From: Microthrixaceae bacterium
GTDB taxonomy: Bacteria; Actinomycetota; Acidimicrobiia; Acidimicrobiales; Microtrichaceae
DNA length: 64,000 bases
Assembly (NCBI GenBank): GCA_019694615.1
Contig: JAIBBP010000264.1
Span: forward strand, 958-64,957
Direction: 5' to 3'
Shown here: positions 1 to 9,726 of the stretch, one piece after another
How positions within the stretch are numbered: the stretch's first letter is position 1
How the letters are laid out: every line of letters begins with the position of its first letter
Notes under the pieces: model-generated
Database searches by the model: none
What the model was told of the DNA's origin: nothing
Seen by the model: the letters and a program-made list of their open reading frames with translations, nothing else
Made by a program: the position numbers and the translations under genes

Positions 1-84
1 GAGCTCGCCGCGCACCCCGACGGCGCCCGCCTCACCACCGAGTTCGACGCCCTCGCCGCCAAGCCCGCCGAAGCCCTCACATGA
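1..84 (+). CDS. 3' end of an upstream CDS (partial, product unknown)
   Basis: Open frame from the window edge to TGA at 82-84. The stop overlaps the next start (ATGA), as in coupled operon genes. Confidence 0.3.
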   Translation, partial: ELAAHPDGARLTTEFDALAAKPAEALT

Positions 85-272
85 GAGTCGTCGTCGACGC
101 CGAGCGCTGCCAGGGCCACAACCGCTGCCACGCGCTCGCCCCCGTCCTGTTCGACATCGACGACCTCGGCTACGCCACCGCCGCACCCGGGTCGGTCCCC
201 GCCGACCTCGAAGCCGCCGCCCGGCTCGCCGAAGCCAACTGCCCCGAACACGCCATCACCATCGACCCCTGA
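81..272 (+). CDS. small ferredoxin (P450 redox partner type)
   Basis: 63 aa with CQGHNRC ... CP cysteine pattern typical of actinobacterial 3Fe-4S ferredoxins. Lies immediately upstream of a P450. Confidence 0.8.
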   Translation: MRVVVDAERCQGHNRCHALAPVLFDIDDLGYATAAPGSVPADLEAAARLAEANCPEHAITIDP

Positions 273-285
273 CCGGAGACCAGCG

Positions 286-1488
286 ATGAACCGACCACCC
301 GTCACCGACTGGACCGCCGACTTCGACCACCTCGATCCCACCTTCGTCGCCGACCCCTACCCGATCTACGAGCAGCTCCGGACCGACTGCCCGATCGCGC
401 ACACCGACCGGTACCACGGCGTGTGGATCCCCACCCGCTACGAGGACCTCGCCGCCATCGCCCACGACCACCACCATTTCTCCTCCCGCACCATCCTGGT
501 CACCGACCGCCCCGAATCACCCCACGACCTCGGATTCCACGCCCCGCCCATCACCGAGGACCCCCCGTACCACACCGACATCCGCCGGCTCCTGCTCCCA
601 GTCTTCTCCCCGAAGGTCGTCGCCGACTACGAGCCCATCACCCGGGCCATGGCCAACGACCTCATCGACGGGTTCATCACCGACGGCGGATGCGACGCCG
701 CCACGGACTTCGCGCAGCACGTCCCCATCAAGGTCATCACCCGCATGCTCGGCATCCCCGACAGCGACCACGCCCAGTTCCGCGACTGGATCCACCGCCT
801 CATCGAAGAAAGCCCCATCGCCGGTGACGCCACCTTCGAAGCCATCTTCGAGATCGGCGGCTACCTTGCCGGACACGTCGACCAGCACCGGACCAGCCCC
901 CGCGACGACATCATCACCCACCTCCTCGAGGCCCGCATGCCCGACGGCCGGCCACTCACCGACGAGGAGATCCTCGGCGTGTGCATCCTGCTGCTCCTCG
1001 CCGGCATCGACACCACCTGGTCGGCCATCGGCTCCTCACTGCTGCACCTCGCCACCAACCCCGACGACCGCCGCCGCCTCCGCGACGAACCCGATCTCAT
1101 CAACTCCGCCACCGAGGAGTTCCTCCGCGTGTTCGCGCCCGTGACCATGGCCCGCGAAGTCATCGAAGACACCGAAGTCGGCGGTTGCCCCATGCGCAAA
1201 GGCGACCGCCTGCTCCTGCCGTTCCCCTCGGGCAACCGCGACCCCGAGATCTTCGACCGCCCCGACAACGTCGTCCTCGACCGCGAAGCCAACCGGCACT
1301 TCGCCTTCGGTGTCGGCATCCACCGCTGCCTCGGCTCCAACCTCGCCCGAATGGAACTACGAGTCGCCCTGCAAACCTGGCTCGAACGCATCCCCGAGTT
1401 CACCCTCACCGACCCCGACGCCGTCACCTGGTCCGCCGGCCAGGTCCGCGGCCCCCGCACCCTGCCCTTCGCGTTCACCGCCGGGTAG
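286..1488 (+). CDS. cytochrome P450 monooxygenase
   Basis: Heme-binding loop FGVGIHRCLG, I-helix LLLAGIDTTW, K-helix EEFLR. 400 aa. Confidence 0.95.
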   Translation: MNRPPVTDWTADFDHLDPTFVADPYPIYEQLRTDCPIAHTDRYHGVWIPTRYEDLAAIAHDHHHFSSRTILVTDRPESPHDLGFHAPPITEDPPYHTDIRRLLLPVFSPKVVADYEPITRAMANDLIDGFITDGGCDAATDFAQHVPIKVITRMLGIPDSDHAQFRDWIHRLIEESPIAGDATFEAIFEIGGYLAGHVDQHRTSPRDDIITHLLEARMPDGRPLTDEEILGVCILLLLAGIDTTWSAIGSSLLHLATNPDDRRRLRDEPDLINSATEEFLRVFAPVTMAREVIEDTEVGGCPMRKGDRLLLPFPSGNRDPEIFDRPDNVVLDREANRHFAFGVGIHRCLGSNLARMELRVALQTWLERIPEFTLTDPDAVTWSAGQVRGPRTLPFAFTAG

Positions 1489-1543
1489 GGAGCGACGACG
1501 GCTGATCACCCGTGCTCACACGGGGACGGAACGGAGTAGCGCA

Positions 1544-1951
1544 GTGACGAGCCTTGATCGACCCGATAGTGGATCAAGTGCGTCTCGACCAATTGGCATC
1601 GCGGCGATCGCAGGCGCCGCGTTCGCCTCCGCAGTTGTCGCTGTGTTGATGGCGACGCTCACGATCGCGACATCGCGCCCAAGCGACCACGAGCTGCAGC
1701 GGGCCGCAGCTCAGGAGATCGGCGTGCCAACGGTGCTATTCAGGGTTCCCGGTGTTCAAGCGCTCGTGGACGAAGTGAGCGACCGTGTCGCCGGGCGCGT
1801 CATCGTGGAGTCCAAGCCAAGCATCGGCCTAGGAGTGGTTGTCGGGCTGCTCTCGGGAGCTCTGGCAGCTGTCGCATCGGCGACCGCTCTCGGGCGTTTC
1901 GTGCAACGCCGCCGGCAGGGCCGGCGCGATACCAGGAGCAATGTGACGTGA
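1544..1951 (+). CDS. hypothetical membrane protein
   Basis: In-frame GTG just after the P450 stop. Two hydrophobic segments (IAAIAGAAFASAVVAVLMATL and GLGVVVGLLSGALAAVASA). No recognisable family. Confidence 0.35.
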   Translation: MTSLDRPDSGSSASRPIGIAAIAGAAFASAVVAVLMATLTIATSRPSDHELQRAAAQEIGVPTVLFRVPGVQALVDEVSDRVAGRVIVESKPSIGLGVVVGLLSGALAAVASATALGRFVQRRRQGRRDTRSNVT

Positions 1952-2065
1952 TCGGCCTGAGAGACGCCTCGGAGGTCGCGGACGGCATCCAGATCCACCC
2001 GCTCAACACGCAGCCACGCGTTGATTCCCGACCAGCTGAGCTGAGCACTCGGCGGTGACCAGGTG

Positions 2066-2689
2066 TCAGGGAGGTGGTTTGAGGGTGGGGACGAGCACCT
2101 CGGCGAGGAACGTGCCGAGGTCGCCCGGCGGTGGGGCGAGGATCAAGGTGATGCCCAGCCGGACCAGGGACTCGGCGAGCAGATCGGCGTCCCGGGTGGC
2201 GATCTGGCTCGTCGCCATCGCCGCCTGCAGCAGCGGTGCGAGGGCGGACTTGATGCGGGCGATGACCTCGGGAAGGTCGGAGGCAAGGAATGGTCCGATC
2301 ACCTCGGGTTCGTCGGCGAGGACCTTGGCCAGCACCGGGTGCTTGGAGGCATAACCGATGATCGCCGCCATCAACTCGACCACGGCCCGAGGTCCGCTCT
2401 TGTCAGCAAGCGACGCTGGCAGCTCGGCGAGCAGCCGATGCAGGTCGCGGGCGATCAGGAGGCGGATCTGATTGTCGATCGTGCCGACCTGGCGGTAGAC
2501 CGTCGTGCGATTCACGCCCAGCTCGGTCGCGACGTCCTGCACCGAGGTTCGCCGCACGCCATAGCGCACGAAACACCTGGCTGCGGCATCGAGGTACGGG
2601 TCGAGCTCCGCGCTCGGAGCACTCGGGATCCCTTGGTGGTCCACGGGCAGGGTGAACAACGACAACGTCGTCGCGGAGCTGGACTCCAT
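2066..2689 (-). CDS. TetR-family transcriptional regulator
   Basis: N-terminal HTH RRTSVQDVATELGVNRTTVYRQV. Start trimmed to the ATG at 2689 (MESSS...), divergent from the next gene. Confidence 0.85.
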   Translation of the reverse strand: MESSSATTLSLFTLPVDHQGIPSAPSAELDPYLDAAARCFVRYGVRRTSVQDVATELGVNRTTVYRQVGTIDNQIRLLIARDLHRLLAELPASLADKSGPRAVVELMAAIIGYASKHPVLAKVLADEPEVIGPFLASDLPEVIARIKSALAPLLQAAMATSQIATRDADLLAESLVRLGITLILAPPPGDLGTFLAEVLVPTLKPPP

Positions 2690-2695
2690 CCCGGC

Positions 2696-2710
2696 CAGTG
2701 TGCCACACTG
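2696..2710. promoter_or_regulatory. candidate TetR operator (palindrome CAGTGTG-C-CACACTG)
   Basis: Perfect 7-bp arms in the 55-bp divergent intergenic region between the TetR gene and the ABC1-kinase gene. Confidence 0.4.
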
Positions 2711-2744
2711 CGACAGATTCGTCGAGTTGTTGCACGGAGAGGGC

Positions 2745-4088
2745 ATGTCCAGTCCCGTCAGCGAGATCACTTCTGCACGTGTCGGGCGCACCGCAACCGC
2801 CGCCCGCGCCGCGACCACCGTGTTGATCGCCGGTCGCCATGCGGCTCGAGCGGCGGTTGGCCCGATTGTGCACCGAGGGTTGCTCTCGCGGCCGGACTGG
2901 AGTCCGACCGCGGCGCGTGAAGCCCGTCGTGCCTTCACCGAGTTGGGGCCCACCTATGTGAAGTTGGCGCAGCTCATCGCGTCGAGCCCCGGGCTGTTCC
3001 CCGAGGTGCTGTCCGACGAGTTGCGGACGTTGCTCGACCGTGTGCCGCCGCTCGCGCCGGTCGATGTGGATCACGTCATCCGCCGCGAGCTCGGCGGCGC
3101 CCCCGGTGACGTCTTCGGGCGGTTCGATCCGGTTCCGTTGGCCTCGGCGTCGATCGCACAGGTGCATGCGGCGACGCTGCACGACGGCACCGACGTCGTG
3201 GTCAAGGTGCAACGTCGCGGCATCCGAGCCCGACTCGCCGCCGACCTGTCGATCCTTGCCGGCGCTGCCCACCTGTTGGAGCGGCGGTCGGCCCGGGCAA
3301 GGATGGCAAACCCCGTCGCGGTCGTCGAGGACTTCTCAGCGACACTCGCCCATGAGCTCAACTTCGTGCTCGAAGCCCAGGCAATGGAACGCTTTGCCGA
3401 CAACCTCAAGACCTTCGGCGAAAACTCTGGCGTCCGTGTCCCCGCGGTGCATTGGCGGTTCACGACGCCGCGGGTGCTCACCATGGAGCAGATCCATGGC
3501 CACAGCATCGACGACACCGAGGCGCTCCGGGCCACCGGGTTCGATCTTGCCGAACTGTTGAAGCGGGGCGTGCGCGCTTGGATGGAAGCTGCGCTGCACC
3601 ACGGGTTCTTCCACGGCGACGTCCACGCCGGGAACCTCATGGTCGACACCGCCGGCAACGTCGTGTTCTTGGACTTCGGTATCGTCGGCCAGCTCGACGA
3701 CCGCACCAAGGCCATCATCCGCAATGGGCTCCCCGCTCTGCTCATCGACGGCGACTTCGTCGAAGTCGCCAAGTCGATCTATGACCTCGGCGCCGTCCTC
3801 AAGCCGGTTGACCTCGACCAGGCGTCGGCCGACATCGCCGAGATCGTGGAACCGATCCTCGCCAAGCCGCTGTCGGAGATCTCCTACGGCCAGGTGCTCA
3901 TCGACATCGTCCGGATCGGTACACGCTACGAGGTGCGCCTGCCCCGTGAGCTCGTCCTCGTCGCGAAGCAGCTTCTCTACTTCGAGCGTTACGCCAAGCT
4001 CATGGCCCCCGACTGGAACATCCTTGACGACCCCGAACTCATCGGCTTCCTCTTCGAGAGCGTCCACGCCGAACGGCCCGCCTCATGA
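2745..4088 (+). CDS. ABC1/UbiB-family atypical protein kinase
   Basis: LGPTYVKLAQLIASSPGLFP, ASASIAQVHAATL, VVKVQRRGI, HGDVHAGNLMV: signature blocks of the ABC1/AarF kinase family. Confidence 0.85.
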   Translation: MSSPVSEITSARVGRTATAARAATTVLIAGRHAARAAVGPIVHRGLLSRPDWSPTAAREARRAFTELGPTYVKLAQLIASSPGLFPEVLSDELRTLLDRVPPLAPVDVDHVIRRELGGAPGDVFGRFDPVPLASASIAQVHAATLHDGTDVVVKVQRRGIRARLAADLSILAGAAHLLERRSARARMANPVAVVEDFSATLAHELNFVLEAQAMERFADNLKTFGENSGVRVPAVHWRFTTPRVLTMEQIHGHSIDDTEALRATGFDLAELLKRGVRAWMEAALHHGFFHGDVHAGNLMVDTAGNVVFLDFGIVGQLDDRTKAIIRNGLPALLIDGDFVEVAKSIYDLGAVLKPVDLDQASADIAEIVEPILAKPLSEISYGQVLIDIVRIGTRYEVRLPRELVLVAKQLLYFERYAKLMAPDWNILDDPELIGFLFESVHAERPAS

Positions 4089-4957
4089 GCAACACGGCGA
4101 CGAGGATGACCCTCGAAGGGACCGACGGTGTCCGGCTCGCGGCTGACCGGCGAGGCGACCCGGACCAGCCCGTCGTCGTCCTGCTCCACGGTGCCGGGCA
4201 GACCCGCCACGCGTGGCTACGAACCACCGAACGGCTCAGCAACGAAGGGTTCTGCACCGTCGCCGTCGACTTGCGGGGCCACGGGGACAGCGACTGGGCG
4301 CCCGACGGTGACTACCGCCGACGGGCGTTCGCCGCCGACATCGAATTGATCCGCTCCCAGCTCGGCCCGATCGCCGCGGTCGTTGGCGCGTCCCTAGGTG
4401 GGATCACCGCGCTGCTCGCGCACGACCAGCGCCCTGGCGGGATCACGAACGCGCTCGTCCTCGTCGACATCGCGCCCCGCATCGAGCAAACCGGCGCCGA
4501 CCGGATACTCGCCTTCATGGCTGACCGACCCGAAGGCTTCCAATCGGTCGAAGAAGTCGCCGAAGCGGTCGCCGCCTACAACCCGCACCGCCCCGCCCCC
4601 AAAGACCTCGACGGTTTGAAGCGCAACCTTCGCCTCGGCGACGACGGTCGCTACCGCTGGCACTGGGACCCAAAGCTCATCGACGGCCCCACGAGCCTGA
4701 TCAGCGCCCGAGACCCCGAAGCCCTGCACGCCGCAGCGCGACGACTGCGCGTGCCATGCCTGCTCGTGCGGGGCCGCCACAGCGACCTGCTCACCGAAGA
4801 CGGCGCAGCGGAGTTCCGCCGGGCCGTCCCCCACGCGGAGTTCGTGGACATCAACGGTGCCGGCCACATGGTCGCCGGCGACACGAACGACCCCTTCACC
4901 GAAGCTGTTGCCGCGTTCCTCGCCCCTCTCGCACAACGCCAGCGCGAGAGCGCATGA
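4085..4957 (+). CDS. alpha/beta-fold hydrolase
   Basis: HG oxyanion (VVVLLHGAGQ), nucleophile elbow GASLGG, C-terminal GAGHMV. ATGA overlap with the upstream gene. Confidence 0.85.
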   Translation: MSNTATRMTLEGTDGVRLAADRRGDPDQPVVVLLHGAGQTRHAWLRTTERLSNEGFCTVAVDLRGHGDSDWAPDGDYRRRAFAADIELIRSQLGPIAAVVGASLGGITALLAHDQRPGGITNALVLVDIAPRIEQTGADRILAFMADRPEGFQSVEEVAEAVAAYNPHRPAPKDLDGLKRNLRLGDDGRYRWHWDPKLIDGPTSLISARDPEALHAAARRLRVPCLLVRGRHSDLLTEDGAAEFRRAVPHAEFVDINGAGHMVAGDTNDPFTEAVAAFLAPLAQRQRESA

Positions 4958-5001
4958 CCAGAGTCCACCCTCGTCGTTCACGCCTCCCAAGGAGCCCCAA
5001 C

Positions 5002-6108
5002 ATGACCACCACCTCCAACCAGGACCTCATTGGCCGCGAGGGCGTCAACGACCTCGACGCCATCCTGGCCATGACCAACACCGACATCGACTCGGCGGTG
5101 CACGCCATCACCGACAACGCGGAAGCCATCTTCACCTGGGATTACGAGAAGGGCGCTCGGCCCGGGCTCAACAAGCTCTACGAGAAGGCCAAGACCGCGC
5201 AGTGGAACGGTGAGACCGACCTTCCGTGGGACACCGACGTCGACCTCGAGCAGGTGGCCAAGCTGCTGCTGCCATCGTTCGGGCCCGACCAGATGGACGT
5301 CGCCAACACCCCGCTGGCCACCTGGGGAGACGCCGAATGGTTGCAGCTCGGCATGGAATCCCAGGTATGGGCGCTCAGCCAGTTCATGCACGGCGAACAG
5401 GGCGCTCTGCTCTGCACCGCGAAGATCGTGGAGACCGTCCCCTGGATCGACGCCAAGTACTACGCCGCCACCCAGGTCATGGACGAAGCCCGCCACGTCG
5501 AAGTGTTCGCGAAGTACCTCGACACCAAGCTCGAGGGCTACTACCCCATCAACACTCATCTCGGCATGCTGCTCGACGACATCGTCGCCGACGCCCGGTG
5601 GGACATGACCTACCTCGGCATGCAGATCATGGTCGAAGGCCTCGCCCTCGCCGCGTTCGGGTTCATGCACATGCTCACCGAGGAACCCCTCCTCAAACAG
5701 CTCCTCCGCTACGTCATGGCCGATGAAGCCCGCCACGTCGCCTTCGGCGTGCTCAGCCTCAAGGAGTACTACGCCGAGCTCACCGACAACGAGCTTGCCG
5801 AACGCCAAGAGTTCGCGTTCGAGGCCGCCGTCCGCATGCGCGACCGGTTCCTCCAACAAGAGGTCTGGGACCGCCTCGGCATCGACCCGAAGGTCGCGAT
5901 CCCGCTCACCCAAGCCTCGCCCATCCGCAGCGAGTTCCAGAAGATGCTCTTCACCAAGATCGTCCCCAACTGCAAGAAGCTCGGCCTGCTCGACGCCAAC
6001 AATGCATGGCTCCGCCGCCGCTTCGAAGAGCTGGGGGTCATCCAGTTCGAGGACTGGGTCGACACCGAAGCAGAATACGAAGCATTCGCGCTCGCCGAGA
6101 TCAAGTAG
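5002..6108 (+). CDS. ferritin-like diiron oxygenase (AurF-like family)
   Basis: Two E-x-x-H motifs (DEARHVEVF and DEARHVAFG) with upstream acidic ligands. AAGGAG Shine-Dalgarno 8 nt before the ATG at 5002. Confidence 0.7.
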   Translation: MTTTSNQDLIGREGVNDLDAILAMTNTDIDSAVHAITDNAEAIFTWDYEKGARPGLNKLYEKAKTAQWNGETDLPWDTDVDLEQVAKLLLPSFGPDQMDVANTPLATWGDAEWLQLGMESQVWALSQFMHGEQGALLCTAKIVETVPWIDAKYYAATQVMDEARHVEVFAKYLDTKLEGYYPINTHLGMLLDDIVADARWDMTYLGMQIMVEGLALAAFGFMHMLTEEPLLKQLLRYVMADEARHVAFGVLSLKEYYAELTDNELAERQEFAFEAAVRMRDRFLQQEVWDRLGIDPKVAIPLTQASPIRSEFQKMLFTKIVPNCKKLGLLDANNAWLRRRFEELGVIQFEDWVDTEAEYEAFALAEIK

Positions 6109-6220
6109 CACCCGGGGACGTGGATGACCCGACCTGTCGAAGTGGCCCCCAACAGCATTCCTCGATGGTGGCAGGGGGAACCCACCCAGCGGATCGCATT
6201 CACTACGTGAGGAGCGCGCC

Positions 6221-7252
6221 ATGAAGCTCGACCTCATGACCGGCGGCACGCGCCTAAACACCATCCAGCAGCTCGCCCGGCACGCCGCCGAGAGCGGCCA
6301 CTCCGGGCTCGTCATCACCGAAGCCGGCCGCACCGCCTACCTGTCGTGCGCGGCCGCCGCCCTCGCCGCCGACATCGACCTGCTCACCGGGATAGCCGTC
6401 GCGTTCCCCCGCAGCCCCATGGTCACCGCCCAGATCGCCTGGGAGCTCGCCGACGCCACCGACGGCCGGTTCCGCCTCGGGCTCGGCACCCAGGTCCGCG
6501 CCCACATCGAACGCCGCTACAGCGCAACCTTCGACCCGCCCGGCCCCCGCATCCGCGACTACATCGGCGCCGTCCGGGCGTGCTTCGACGCGTTTCGCGG
6601 CGCCTCCCCGCTCGACTACCACAGCGACCACTACGAGCTCACCCTCCTGCCACCCATCTGGTCCCCCGGGCCCATCAGCGCGCCGGACCCGCCCATCGAC
6701 CTCGCCGCGGTCAACCCGTGGATGCTGCGCCTCGCGGGCCGGGTCGCCGACGGGGTCCACGTCCACCCCCTCAACACCCGCACCTACCTCACCGACACCG
6801 TCGCACCGCAGCTCGCCGCCGGCGCGCAGCTCGCCGGCCGCCACCTCGACCACTTCGAGATCATCGTCCCCGCCTTCCTCGTCGTCGGCGACACCACCGA
6901 CGAACGGGACAGATGGCGCGAGCTCGCCCGCACCCAGATCGCCTTCTACGGCTCGACCCCCAACTACGCGTTCATCTTCGATGACATCGGCCACCCCGGC
7001 ACCACCGCCGCGCTGCGCGACCACCAGCGCGCCGGCGACATCGCCGGGATGAGCGCCGTCATCACCGACGACATCCTCCGCCACTTCGTCACCGAAGGAA
7101 CCTGGTCCACCATCGCTGACGCCATCGCCGACCGCTACGCCGGCCTCGCCACCCGCGTCGTCAACTACTTCGGCGCCATCGCCTGGACGGAGGACCCCCA
7201 GCACCTCTCCCGCTGGAAGCCCATCGCCGAATCGCTCGCGGCCATCCCCTGA
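6221..7252 (+). CDS. LLM-class (luciferase-like) F420-dependent oxidoreductase
   Basis: TIM-barrel LLM signature blocks (GHSGLVITE, FRLGLGTQVRAHIERRY, VNPWMLRLAGRVADGVHVHP). Confidence 0.75.
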   Translation: MKLDLMTGGTRLNTIQQLARHAAESGHSGLVITEAGRTAYLSCAAAALAADIDLLTGIAVAFPRSPMVTAQIAWELADATDGRFRLGLGTQVRAHIERRYSATFDPPGPRIRDYIGAVRACFDAFRGASPLDYHSDHYELTLLPPIWSPGPISAPDPPIDLAAVNPWMLRLAGRVADGVHVHPLNTRTYLTDTVAPQLAAGAQLAGRHLDHFEIIVPAFLVVGDTTDERDRWRELARTQIAFYGSTPNYAFIFDDIGHPGTTAALRDHQRAGDIAGMSAVITDDILRHFVTEGTWSTIADAIADRYAGLATRVVNYFGAIAWTEDPQHLSRWKPIAESLAAIP

Positions 7253-7277
7253 CGGCGCGACCCCAACGGCGCCCCCC

Positions 7278-8141
7278 ATGTCGCACCGACCATCGCCACC
7301 ACCACCCCAGGTCATCGACCTCCCCGGCCAGTCCGGCATCACCATCCGGGCACTCGACTGGGGCGGCGACGGGCCACCGGTCGTGCTGTTGCACCCCAAC
7401 GGCTTCTGCGGCGGGCTGTACGAGCCCATCGCCCACTGCATCGCCGCGGCCGCCCGCCCCATCGCCCTCGACCTGCGCGGCCACGGCGGCAGCACCGCGC
7501 CCGACCACCCCGGCGCCTACCGATTCGAGAACCTCGCCATCGACGTCCTCGAGGTCCTCGACCACCTCGACCTCCCCACGGTCGCCGGCGTCGGCGGATC
7601 TCTCGGCGGTGCCGTTGCCATCCTCGTGCACCGCCTCGACCCCCAACGCTGGACCCGGCTACTGCTCGCCGAGCCCGTGGCATTCCCCACCGACGCCTTC
7701 CCCCACCAACACGAGAACCCCATGGCCGCAGCGGCGCGGCGCCGGCGACCCACCTTCGCAACACGCGCCGAGATGACCGGCACCTACCGCAGCAAGGAAC
7801 CGCTGTCCCAGCTCGCTCCCGAAGCCCTCGACGCCTACATCCGGTGGGGAACCACCGTCGACGCCAGCGGTGTGCACCTCGCGTGCCGGCCCGAGATCGA
7901 AGCGACGATCTTCGAGGTCTCAGCCGCCGCAGGCGGCGCCGCCCACGCCTGGGACCACCTCCCCGACCTGACCTGTCCCACCACGATCGTCGCCGGCGAG
8001 CACACCTTCCTGCCCGACATCTTCGCCGCCCAGGCGAAGCGAGCCCGTGCCGACCTCATCACCGTCCCCGGCGGCCACTTCGTCCTGCACGAGAACACCA
8101 CCCGCGGCGCCGACCTCATCGCTCGCGAAGCACTTCCATGA
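7278..8141 (+). CDS. alpha/beta-fold hydrolase
   Basis: VVLLHPNGF, nucleophile elbow GGSLGG, C-terminal GGHFVLHE. Confidence 0.8.
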   Translation: MSHRPSPPPPQVIDLPGQSGITIRALDWGGDGPPVVLLHPNGFCGGLYEPIAHCIAAAARPIALDLRGHGGSTAPDHPGAYRFENLAIDVLEVLDHLDLPTVAGVGGSLGGAVAILVHRLDPQRWTRLLLAEPVAFPTDAFPHQHENPMAAAARRRRPTFATRAEMTGTYRSKEPLSQLAPEALDAYIRWGTTVDASGVHLACRPEIEATIFEVSAAAGGAAHAWDHLPDLTCPTTIVAGEHTFLPDIFAAQAKRARADLITVPGGHFVLHENTTRGADLIAREALP

Positions 8142-8253
8142 CGAGAGACCGGATCGAGTCGACCGGTGATCACTCGACGCCCAGCGGTGGAAGTCCCTGG
8201 TCACGGCACCAGCAGGCTCGTCGGGTTGGTCCCGAAGTGGCCAAGCTCGGGCG

Positions 8254-9393
8254 ATGGCCTACATCATCGAACGCAAGGACCGCTTCTACGTCGTCGCCTA
8301 CGACGGCCTCGACCCGCTCACGGGCAAGGAGCGACGCCGATGGCACCCCGCCGGCGGTGACCGCCACGAGGCCGAAGCCATGGCGGCGCGCATCGAACGC
8401 GATGCCGCCGGCACCGCTCCACGCCGCGGCGGACCCGTGCACCTCGGCGAGTTCCTCACCGACACGTGGCTACCGACCAAGCGTCGCCACGTCCGGGCAT
8501 CCACCTCGTACCGCTACTCGTGGATGGTGGACAACTACATCAACCCTTCCATCGGGCACGTCCCGCTCCGGCGCCTGCGCGCCGACCACCTCGACGGCCT
8601 CTACGACCAGCTGGCCACCACCGGCGGACGTCACCGCACCGGCCTCGCTCCCAAGACCGTGCACGAAGTCCACGTGATCGTCCGGTCCGGCCTCGACCTC
8701 GCCCGGCGCCGCCAGCTCGTCGACAGCAACGTCGCCCATGCTGCCAACGCCCGCCACAAGCGCCAGACCCGCACGGTTCCCCGGTCCTGGACCGCCGCCG
8801 AACTGGCGTCGTTCCTGGCCTCGGCTGGCCACCACCGGCTCTACCCGGCGCTGCACCTCACCGCCTGCACCGGCATGCGCCGCGGCGAGGTCGCCGGGCT
8901 CCGCTGGTCGGACCTCGACCGGGCCAACCAGCGCCTCTCGATCAGCCGCACCCTCCAGAGCATCGCCGGTCAGCCTGTCGAGGTCCCCGTCAAGACCCGC
9001 ACCAGCCGCCGCTGCATCGACCTCGACGACGCCACCATCGACGTGCTCGCCCGCTGGCGGCGACGCCTCGCCCGAGAAGGACTGCCCCACGGCGCAGATG
9101 ACTGGATGTTCGTCAACACCGGCGGCCGGTTCGTCAACCCCGAATCGCTCAGCCAGCTCTTCGACCGCCTCCAGCGAGCCATGCCCGACCTGGCCCGCAT
9201 CCGGTTCCACGACCTCCGCCACACCCACGCCTCGCTGCTCATCATGGACGGCGTACCGGTCAAGGTCGTCAGCGAACGGCTCGGCCACGCCAACGTCGCC
9301 TTCACCATCCACACCTACCAGCACCTGCTCCCCGGCATGAGCGCCGCCGCCGCGCAGCAGTTCGCGGCGCTCCTCGCCGCCCACGCCCGGTAG
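8254..9393 (+). CDS. int: tyrosine site-specific integrase (int-1, outside the ICE repeats)
   Basis: Catalytic blocks MRRGEVAGLRWSD (Arg), HDLRHTHAS (H-x-x-R), LGHANVAFTIHTYQHL (Tyr). Homologous end to end with the integrase at 58639-59868. Confidence 0.9.
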   Translation: MAYIIERKDRFYVVAYDGLDPLTGKERRRWHPAGGDRHEAEAMAARIERDAAGTAPRRGGPVHLGEFLTDTWLPTKRRHVRASTSYRYSWMVDNYINPSIGHVPLRRLRADHLDGLYDQLATTGGRHRTGLAPKTVHEVHVIVRSGLDLARRRQLVDSNVAHAANARHKRQTRTVPRSWTAAELASFLASAGHHRLYPALHLTACTGMRRGEVAGLRWSDLDRANQRLSISRTLQSIAGQPVEVPVKTRTSRRCIDLDDATIDVLARWRRRLAREGLPHGADDWMFVNTGGRFVNPESLSQLFDRLQRAMPDLARIRFHDLRHTHASLLIMDGVPVKVVSERLGHANVAFTIHTYQHLLPGMSAAAAQQFAALLAAHAR

Positions 9394-9470
9394 ACGTCTA
9401 CCGGCACGACTCCAGCGAACGCCCAGGTCAGCGGGCCAGGTCCCGCCGAGCCGGTAGATCACCCGGTAGA
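9387..9470 (+). promoter_or_regulatory. arm-type repeat array (CCGGTAGA x4, including an 18-bp perfect palindrome)
   Basis: CCGGTAGACGTCTACCGG at 9387-9404 overlaps the int-1 stop codon. Direct copies lie at 9451-9458 and 9463-9470, 12 bp apart. Confidence 0.5.
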
Positions 9471-9490
9471 CGTCACCCCAGACAAGCAGC

Positions 9491-9516
9491 AGGCCCCACT
9501 CCGAAAAGTGGGGCCT
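9491..9516 (+). terminator. stem-loop after int-1 (AGGCCCCAC-N8-GTGGGGCCT)
   Basis: Perfect 9-bp stem with an 8-nt loop, between the arm repeats and the att core. Confidence 0.45.
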
Positions 9517-9530
9517 GACCTGCACATTCA

Positions 9531-9609
<79 letters not shown>

Positions 9610-9706
9610 TCGTCCTAGCCCGTCCCAGATCGTCCCGCTGACGTGGAGGTTCGGCGGGGCGAGGTCCGCCAGCATGCCCACCCATCATCGGCTGTAACGC
9701 GGGGTT

Positions 9707-9726
9707 CGGTAGAAGGTCCGGTAGAA
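9707..9726 (+). promoter_or_regulatory. arm-type repeats (CGGTAGAA x2, 12 bp apart) at the ICE left end
   Basis: Copies at 9707-9714 and 9719-9726. Same motif and phasing as at 9451-9470 and 62939-62958. Confidence 0.45.
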
